Part shown: piece after piece, positions 59,330 to 64,000 of the stretch
Layout of the letters: each line of letters begins with the position of its first letter
Position numbering within the stretch: position 1 is the first letter of the stretch
Origin: a virus
Length of the DNA: 64,000 nucleotides
Strand: one strand, 5' to 3'
IMG/VR virus record: IMGVR_UViG_3300025120_000017
Span: 107,835 to 171,834 of that record
Program-made: the position numbers and the translations under genes
Notes under the pieces: generated by a model
Databases searched by the model: none
What the model was told of the DNA's origin: nothing
Seen by the model: only the letters and a program-made list of their open reading frames with translations

Positions 59330-59623
59330 TTATTTAATAAATTTAGACATATGTTTAATTTGAAATCCCATAGAGAGAAAGTTTGCTTCAATTCTCTTCT
59401 TACCTTTAAATTTTAAAACAAAAAACTCTAAAAAACTTTCAATTTTTGAGTTATCATAAAACGGGTCTAATAACTGATTATTAATATCTGACATTAATTT
59501 ATTTGATGAATGATAAACTTCATATAGTTGATTTGAAAGTGCTTGCCCAGTTCTTAACTCAGGATGCTTATCTAGCATGGCTGATGAATCAACAATTAAT
59601 TTCTTAAACTTTTTAATATCCAT
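59330..59623 (-). CDS. Hypothetical protein
   Basis: HPELRTGQAL..DPFY motif. Confidence 0.65.
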   Translation of the reverse strand: MDIKKFKKLIVDSSAMLDKHPELRTGQALSNQLYEVYHSSNKLMSDINNQLLDPFYDNSKIESFLEFFVLKFKGKKRIEANFLSMGFQIKHMSKFIK

Positions 59624-59830
59624 AATTTACTTTTATAGCTGTTGATTGATATTTGCCTTCTTCTCCAAAGTCTTCCATTACATTTATTGCAACATCAGTA
59701 TCTAATTGGCATATTATAGAAGATATATCTGATAAAAAAGATTCTTTATCAACTATACTATGTTCTGATAATAAGTTTCTTAAATCAGACTTAATGGAAT
59801 TTGCCTTTCCTTGTCTTTCTTTATCTAATT

Positions 59831-60106
59831 TCATATAGATTCTCTTAACATTTCTAACCAAGATTCTCTTTTCATCATGCTATGTAGAGTATGCATGTTT
59901 TTAATTAGGTCATCATAGTCTTTCCCAGTAATTAACTGGCTTTCTGGGTTAGGAATATTTGAATATGCATCTAGGCCTTGCATCACTGTTCCATATTGCC
60001 TGCTCTCCATTACTTCAATTCCTTTATCTGTTAAATGACAAAGATATAAAATGCTTCTTGCTTTTATATGTACATCTACTCCATCTGCGGTTTTTAATTC
60101 TAACAT
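59831..60106 (-). CDS. Hypothetical protein
   Basis: 91 aa. Confidence 0.55.
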   Translation of the reverse strand: MLELKTADGVDVHIKARSILYLCHLTDKGIEVMESRQYGTVMQGLDAYSNIPNPESQLITGKDYDDLIKNMHTLHSMMKRESWLEMLRESI

Positions 60107-60231
60107 ATTTCTTTAATTGTTTTAACGGTTTTACATGCTATTTTTATTGATACTAATAGGATAAAAAATAATCCTATTATACTAAGTATTAAACCACCTA
60201 GTAATGATAATATTATTAGTAATATGCTCAT
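60100..60231 (-). CDS. Single-TM microprotein (43 aa)
   Basis: MSILLIILSLLGGLILSIIGLFFILLVSIKIACKTVKTIKEIC; overlaps both neighbouring genes by a few nt. Confidence 0.5.
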   Translation of the reverse strand: MSILLIILSLLGGLILSIIGLFFILLVSIKIACKTVKTIKEIC

Positions 60232-60554
60232 TTTCGTTTTGTATAATAAGGTTCCCATCCAATTTCTTTAACATAGTCATCTTTAAATATACCATTAGCA
60301 CCTTCAATATAAACAGCATAAGGTACTTCTTTATCTTTATTCATAGCTTCTCTATAATCAATCTGACAGCCGTTCCATGTATTTATAAAATAATCAGCAT
60401 CTTCTTGATTGTGAAATCCAAGAGTCTTATTCATTTCTTCCCAAACAGTAGTATGATTGTTAAGACTCTCAAATGCGCTTTTTCTAATTCTTGCAGTATT
60501 CTTATGTACTATTACTTTTATCATATCTTTATTATTTAGTAATCTAATCCACAA
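60228..60554 (-). CDS. Hypothetical protein
   Basis: 108 aa. Confidence 0.55.
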   Translation of the reverse strand: MWIRLLNNKDMIKVIVHKNTARIRKSAFESLNNHTTVWEEMNKTLGFHNQEDADYFINTWNGCQIDYREAMNKDKEVPYAVYIEGANGIFKDDYVKEIGWEPYYTKRK

Positions 60555-60739
60555 TATTCTAAAATCTGTGATACTTGTATATTATCAATTCCTAGTTTTT
60601 TTGCAATTACATTAATTGAATCTTCATTTAGATAATATTGAACTACCTTTTCATTTAATGTTAATTCTTTAGACTTTTTAATCTTTACTTTACTTGATCT
60701 TATACTATCTCTAAGATCTTCAAAATCTTCTTTACGCAC
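60536..60739 (-). CDS. Small HTH-like protein
   Basis: SINVIAKKLGIDNIQVSQIL. Confidence 0.5.
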   Translation of the reverse strand: MRKEDFEDLRDSIRSSKVKIKKSKELTLNEKVVQYYLNEDSINVIAKKLGIDNIQVSQILEYCGLDY

Positions 60740-61175
60740 GTTCCATATAGTTTAATAGTTCTTTTGCTAATTCTCTGCATTTATTAATTAAGAAAGTAGT
60801 TTCCTCAGTGTGATGTTTTTCCAATTTATTATATAGGTCCATTGGGCTATTTACATCTGTTAAATCCTTAGGATCAAATCTATCTATTTTAATCCATTTA
60901 TACGAATTTAATATCTGTTTTAATTCATCTTTTTTGGATTTATTAATTTCTTTTAATTTAATTGAATATGATGCAAAGTTTGGAACATTTTTTCTTACAT
61001 AATCATCAAATAATTTATCCCACTTTTCATAATCAATCGAGTGAATATCCTTAGTAACATAAATATCTAATGTAACATCATTATAAACATTATTACCTAC
61101 GTATGCTCGACATTCGATTGTTACTAAATAATATGCTTGATCTTTTTCAATTCTATAGTCTTCTAATTTACTCAT
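60732..61175 (-). CDS. Hypothetical cassette-array ORF
   Basis: MSK start behind the junction motif. Confidence 0.65.
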   Translation of the reverse strand: MSKLEDYRIEKDQAYYLVTIECRAYVGNNVYNDVTLDIYVTKDIHSIDYEKWDKLFDDYVRKNVPNFASYSIKLKEINKSKKDELKQILNSYKWIKIDRFDPKDLTDVNSPMDLYNKLEKHHTEETTFLINKCRELAKELLNYMERA

Positions 61176-61187
61176 CTTCTTTTTGGT

Positions 61188-61490
61188 TTAAACCCATTTA
61201 ATAAAATTATTATCTGACTCAATATCTTTTATTTTTTCTTCGTTTGGTCTAATTACAACAGCCAATGATTGAACCTTATTATCTTGTTTGAAGTCTTTCA
61301 TTAAGTTTTCCCATCTTTCAATTTCTTTTGCTCTCCATTGGTTTAATGTTGTATCTTCATCAAACACTAGAAAGTATCCTTTGTGTAAATCTGTTCCAAC
61401 ACCAGTTTCCCATGTAAATTCTCCATGTGTTTCTTTTGGGTGTCGTGGTTCATTATATCCCCACTTTAAATAAAATCTTTCTTTGCTCAT
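61188..61490 (-). CDS. Hypothetical cassette-array ORF
   Basis: 100 aa, MSKERF. Confidence 0.6.
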   Translation of the reverse strand: MSKERFYLKWGYNEPRHPKETHGEFTWETGVGTDLHKGYFLVFDEDTTLNQWRAKEIERWENLMKDFKQDNKVQSLAVVIRPNEEKIKDIESDNNFIKWV

Positions 61491-61729
61491 CTTTTTTCCT
61501 TTTTATGTTGTACTAAATAACTTGCTGTTAATATTTTATATGTATGCTCAAAGCAAATCTCATGCTCCCATATGTTATCAGAAACGTTGTATTCAGAAAT
61601 AACCTCTCCTACTACATTCAATATACCAGCTTCTACACATTTAATACAATCTTTTCTATTCATTAAAGATGTATCTATCTTAACTTTATCACCGATATTA
61701 AATTTATAATCCGCTATTAATTTACTCAT
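61487..61729 (-). CDS. Hypothetical cassette-array ORF (SH3-like KFNIGDKV)
   Basis: 80 aa. Confidence 0.6.
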   Translation of the reverse strand: MSKLIADYKFNIGDKVKIDTSLMNRKDCIKCVEAGILNVVGEVISEYNVSDNIWEHEICFEHTYKILTASYLVQHKKEKR

Positions 61730-61741
61730 CTTTGTTTTGGT

Positions 61742-61927
61742 TTAATAGTTCTTTATAATCCAATGAACCATTTCCTTATAATTAATTGTAGTCTGCTCCA
61801 AATTACCTTTACTATCTCTTGTAAATAATTGGTCTTCGTTGTACCACTCAGGTTTTATCTCCACAAACTCTTTAGCTTCTTTACCTTTACTTTGTGCCCA
61901 TTCTCTAAATAATCTTCTTCCGTTCAT
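61742..61927 (-). CDS. Hypothetical cassette-array ORF
   Basis: 61 aa. Confidence 0.55.
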   Translation of the reverse strand: MNGRRLFREWAQSKGKEAKEFVEIKPEWYNEDQLFTRDSKGNLEQTTINYKEMVHWIIKNY

Positions 61928-62102
61928 CTTTGTTTTGATTTAATGGTTCTCTCGTATCTACAAAATCATGTGGGTCTCCATCTAGATTATTTTCTTGTAT
62001 CCAGGTGTTGAGATTTTTATAAAGACTGTTTCTTAAAGGGCCTTTTAGTTCTTTTAATTCATACATAAACTGGTCTAGTTTGTATAGTACTTCTTTACTC
62101 AT
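61905..62102 (-). CDS. Hypothetical cassette-array ORF
   Basis: Reads through the junction as LNQNKDE. Confidence 0.55.
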   Translation of the reverse strand: MSKEVLYKLDQFMYELKELKGPLRNSLYKNLNTWIQENNLDGDPHDFVDTREPLNQNKDERKKII

Positions 62103-62337
62103 CTTTGTTTAAATTATCTTGAATATATTCTATTATCATTTTAGGTGTTATATTACAACCACCATGTTCAATTTCATATTCACCGAATCCAAGTTCACTA
62201 AATTCTACTCTCTTTATAATTTGTTTAGTTCTGGGATTATATATTCTCACCTCTGCTTTTCTATCCATATCATGCTCTATGATATATTTCCATTCTACCC
62301 CTTTTACATTTATATTTCTGAGTTTTCCTTTACTCAT
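62095..62337 (-). CDS. Hypothetical cassette-array ORF
   Basis: Ends LNKDE*. Confidence 0.6.
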   Translation of the reverse strand: MSKGKLRNINVKGVEWKYIIEHDMDRKAEVRIYNPRTKQIIKRVEFSELGFGEYEIEHGGCNITPKMIIEYIQDNLNKDE

Positions 62338-62338
62338 C

Positions 62339-62515
62339 TTATTTTTGGTTTAATTCTTTAATCTCAAATACTTTACAATCTTCAACATCTACACAATTTG
62401 ACATTTCTTTTTTCCATTTTAACATTTTCTTTATGTTAGTTGAAATGTTATACCCTATTGTAAAGTCATCATTTCTCTCATCATGAATTAACCCTATGTA
62501 TCTTTTTTTACTCAT
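62339..62515 (-). CDS. Hypothetical cassette-array ORF, 58 aa (not in track)
   Basis: MSKKRYIGLIHDERNDDF...ELNQK. Confidence 0.55.
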   Translation of the reverse strand: MSKKRYIGLIHDERNDDFTIGYNISTNIKKMLKWKKEMSNCVDVEDCKVFEIKELNQK

Positions 62516-62526
62516 CTTAGTTTTGA

Positions 62527-62802
62527 TTAGTATTCGTGTATAATAGTTTCTTTCAATTCTTCAGGTGTTCGTTGTTTAATATCCATTTCTATACATTTTC
62601 TTGCTTCAGATAGAGATATATAAACATCTCTTTTCAGGGCACCTTTTTCATTCCAACTCTGAAAATATTGATACTCTGATTTAATAGTATTACCATTTTC
62701 ATGTTGACCTAAAGTATAATAAACTACACTTTCATCTTTATATTGTGGGTAGAAATAACTTACATGTTCGTACTTTTCTTCTATGATTCTATATTTTCTC
62801 AT
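62527..62802 (-). CDS. Hypothetical cassette-array ORF
   Basis: MRKYRIIEE..FYPQYK. Confidence 0.6.
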   Translation of the reverse strand: MRKYRIIEEKYEHVSYFYPQYKDESVVYYTLGQHENGNTIKSEYQYFQSWNEKGALKRDVYISLSEARKCIEMDIKQRTPEELKETIIHEY

Positions 62803-62963
62803 CTTCTTTTTGGTTTAATACTAATAATAAGTTCTTTTAACCAAACATTAAAAACTTGTCTTGGTTTTTTTCTTTTACCTACTTCTTCTTGCACCATCAT
62901 ACCTCTCATGTAAGATTGGGTGGCTATTTTTTCTACTTCTTCTGTTGTATATGTTTTACTCAT
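62799..62963 (-). CDS. Hypothetical cassette-array ORF, 54 aa (not in track)
   Basis: MSKTYTTEEVEKIATQSY... Confidence 0.55.
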   Translation of the reverse strand: MSKTYTTEEVEKIATQSYMRGMMVQEEVGKRKKPRQVFNVWLKELIISIKPKRR

Positions 62964-62986
62964 CTTTGTTTTGGTTTTTTAACTAT

Positions 62987-63262
62987 TTATATACATGCTA
63001 AATATTCAAAATTTGATAGAGTGAACTCTTCTGTTCTTCCAGGTGTAGAATGGAGATATTCAACAATAACTTTATCGTTTTTTATATCTTTAACAATTAC
63101 AGATACAGGGGATGATGAACCTAAATCTAAATTAAATTGTTTTCCTATTATATCTTCTTTACTCATCTTAGTTCCTGTTGTAACAAATTCTGCTATTGGA
63201 ATAGTTTTAGGAAATACTCTTTTAAGTATTGGTAATGATGGTCCTTTCTTTTCCTTACTCAT
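62987..63262 (-). CDS. Cassette-array ORF with an in-frame internal second MSK start
   Basis: AAGATGAGTAAAG again at 63166. Confidence 0.55.
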   Translation of the reverse strand: MSKEKKGPSLPILKRVFPKTIPIAEFVTTGTKMSKEDIIGKQFNLDLGSSSPVSVIVKDIKNDKVIVEYLHSTPGRTEEFTLSNFEYLACI

Positions 63263-63275
63263 CTTTGTTTTGATT

Positions 63276-63386
63276 TTAATCTCTTGTTACTATACAACCC
63301 ATATTTTCAAGTTGTTCTAATATTGCCTCAAACTCTTCTTTACTAAAATCATCTAATAAGGAAGTATCTATTATTATATTACTCAT
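63276..63386 (-). CDS. Cassette-array microprotein, 36 aa (not in track)
   Basis: MSNIIIDTSLLDDFSKEEFEAILEQLENMGCIVTRD. Confidence 0.5.
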   Translation of the reverse strand: MSNIIIDTSLLDDFSKEEFEAILEQLENMGCIVTRD

Positions 63387-63392
63387 CTTTGT

Positions 63393-63674
63393 TTAGTTCT
63401 TTTTTACACTATCAACAAACCACTTTTGTTTAAAATCTTCATCAATAGTACATTTATTAATAAATTCTTCTTTTGATAAATGCCATTCATTATTTTTTCT
63501 ACTTTTCCAATAATTGAAGTATCTATTATACGCTACTTCTTGTTTATAAAATGAACTGCTATTTGAATCATCTATTTGTTTTTGTAATAACAAATTGTTT
63601 TTTTTAATTAAAATGTAAGACTGTCGCATTACATGTAAAGAAATTATTATTATTATAAGTAAAAATATTGTCAT
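63393..63674 (-). CDS. Hypothetical membrane-anchored ORF
   Basis: Hydrophobic N-terminus. Confidence 0.55.
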   Translation of the reverse strand: MTIFLLIIIIISLHVMRQSYILIKKNNLLLQKQIDDSNSSSFYKQEVAYNRYFNYWKSRKNNEWHLSKEEFINKCTIDEDFKQKWFVDSVKKN

Positions 63675-63877
63675 TGGTTTAGTTCTTTTAATAATTTTAC
63701 ATCAATAGATAAAACATTAGCTACATCATTTTTAGTATAAGACTTTGAGTATATTCGCAGTTCTTCTGTTAGGGTATTACCATAAGCAAATTTACCTAAA
63801 TATCTTTCTACCCATTCAGTTTCACTTATAGGTATTCTTAGTAAACCTATGCTTGATATTTCTATTCTATTGTTCAT
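63671..63877 (-). CDS. Hypothetical cassette-array ORF
   Basis: Ends ELNQ*. Confidence 0.55.
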   Translation of the reverse strand: MNNRIEISSIGLLRIPISETEWVERYLGKFAYGNTLTEELRIYSKSYTKNDVANVLSIDVKLLKELNQ

Positions 63878-64000
63878 CTTCTTTTCCTTTTAATTCTTTT
63901 TCAATTATCTTTACCATTTCATCAAATGTAACTCCTTCTTCGTCTGCTCGTTGTTGTATGAATTTTGCTGGTAGATGTATATAATTTGCTTGACCTAATC
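63867..64000 (-). CDS. Partial cassette-array ORF (3' end only)
   Basis: ...VKIIEKELKGKEDEQ* reads through the junction. Confidence 0.5.
   Translation of the reverse strand, partial: LGQANYIHLPAKFIQQRADEEGVTFDEMVKIIEKELKGKEDEQ

Larger units (their letters stand above)
61167..63895 (-). repeat. Dispersed ~24-nt junction repeat at the starts of consecutive small ORFs
   Basis: Consensus TTAAACCAAAA(C/G)AAAGATGAGTAA; ATGs at 61175, 61490, 61729, 61927, 62102, 62337, 62515, 62802, 62963, 63166, 63262, 63386, 63877 (variant at 63674). Confidence 0.85.

Noticed and set aside
60155-60180. taatagga/tcctatta inverted repeat as a terminator
   Set aside because: AT-rich and inside a probable membrane-peptide ORF.
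427-63320. Numerous short plus-strand ORFs antisense to long minus-strand genes (e.g. 982..1260, 5831..6211, 30548..30877, 55471..55830, 62856..63320)
   Set aside because: Shadow ORFs with Ser/Leu/Phe-rich composition that fully overlap well-supported genes.
61167-63895. CRISPR array interpretation of the recurring junction
   Set aside because: The repeats are degenerate and non-palindromic, and the intervening segments are 110-440-nt ORFs rather than uniform spacers; no cas genes are present.
1-64000. Stop-codon reassignment, introns or inteins in nrdA/terL
   Set aside because: Genes tile densely under the standard code, and nrdA, nrdB and terL are uninterrupted and of normal length.

Overview
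A 64-kb, very AT-rich segment of a large T4-like (contractile-tailed) phage genome. The host is probably Bacteroidota/Flavobacteriia, judged from the Flavobacterium-like P-II/AmtB/porin and NrdAB, a TAxxTTTG promoter and A-rich, SD-less starts. Most genes lie on the minus strand. From left to right: (1) a baseplate/tail module (gp5-, gp53-, hub-like genes), tail fibre, LRR adhesin and collagen fibre; (2) a candidate DNA-hypermodification cluster with two T4 beta-glucosyltransferase-like genes flanking an atypical C5-cytosine methyltransferase, plus a cytidylyltransferase, a HAD-kinase fusion and a DUF6378-like gene; (3) GT2, GT32, UV endonuclease, nrdBA and an exonuclease; (4) large terminase and metallophosphoesterases; (5) a block of genes with a shared N-terminal 'MKSLxEF/Y..E' peptide resembling the T4 capsid-targeting sequence, several built as xNE-delimited modules; (6) small terminase, a gp14-like neck gene, a DEDDh exonuclease and Ndk; (7) a P-II/AmtB/porin nitrogen-uptake cassette flanked by structured non-coding elements; (8) an array of tiny ORFs joined by a recurring ~24-nt junction (TTAAACCAAAACAAAGATGAGTAA). 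A late-promoter-like (A/T)TAAATA motif sits 16-22 nt upstream of many structural genes, in several cases inside hairpins that would occlude the start. All assignments come from motifs recognised by eye; no database searches were run. I saw no tRNA, CRISPR array, integrase or reverse transcriptase.
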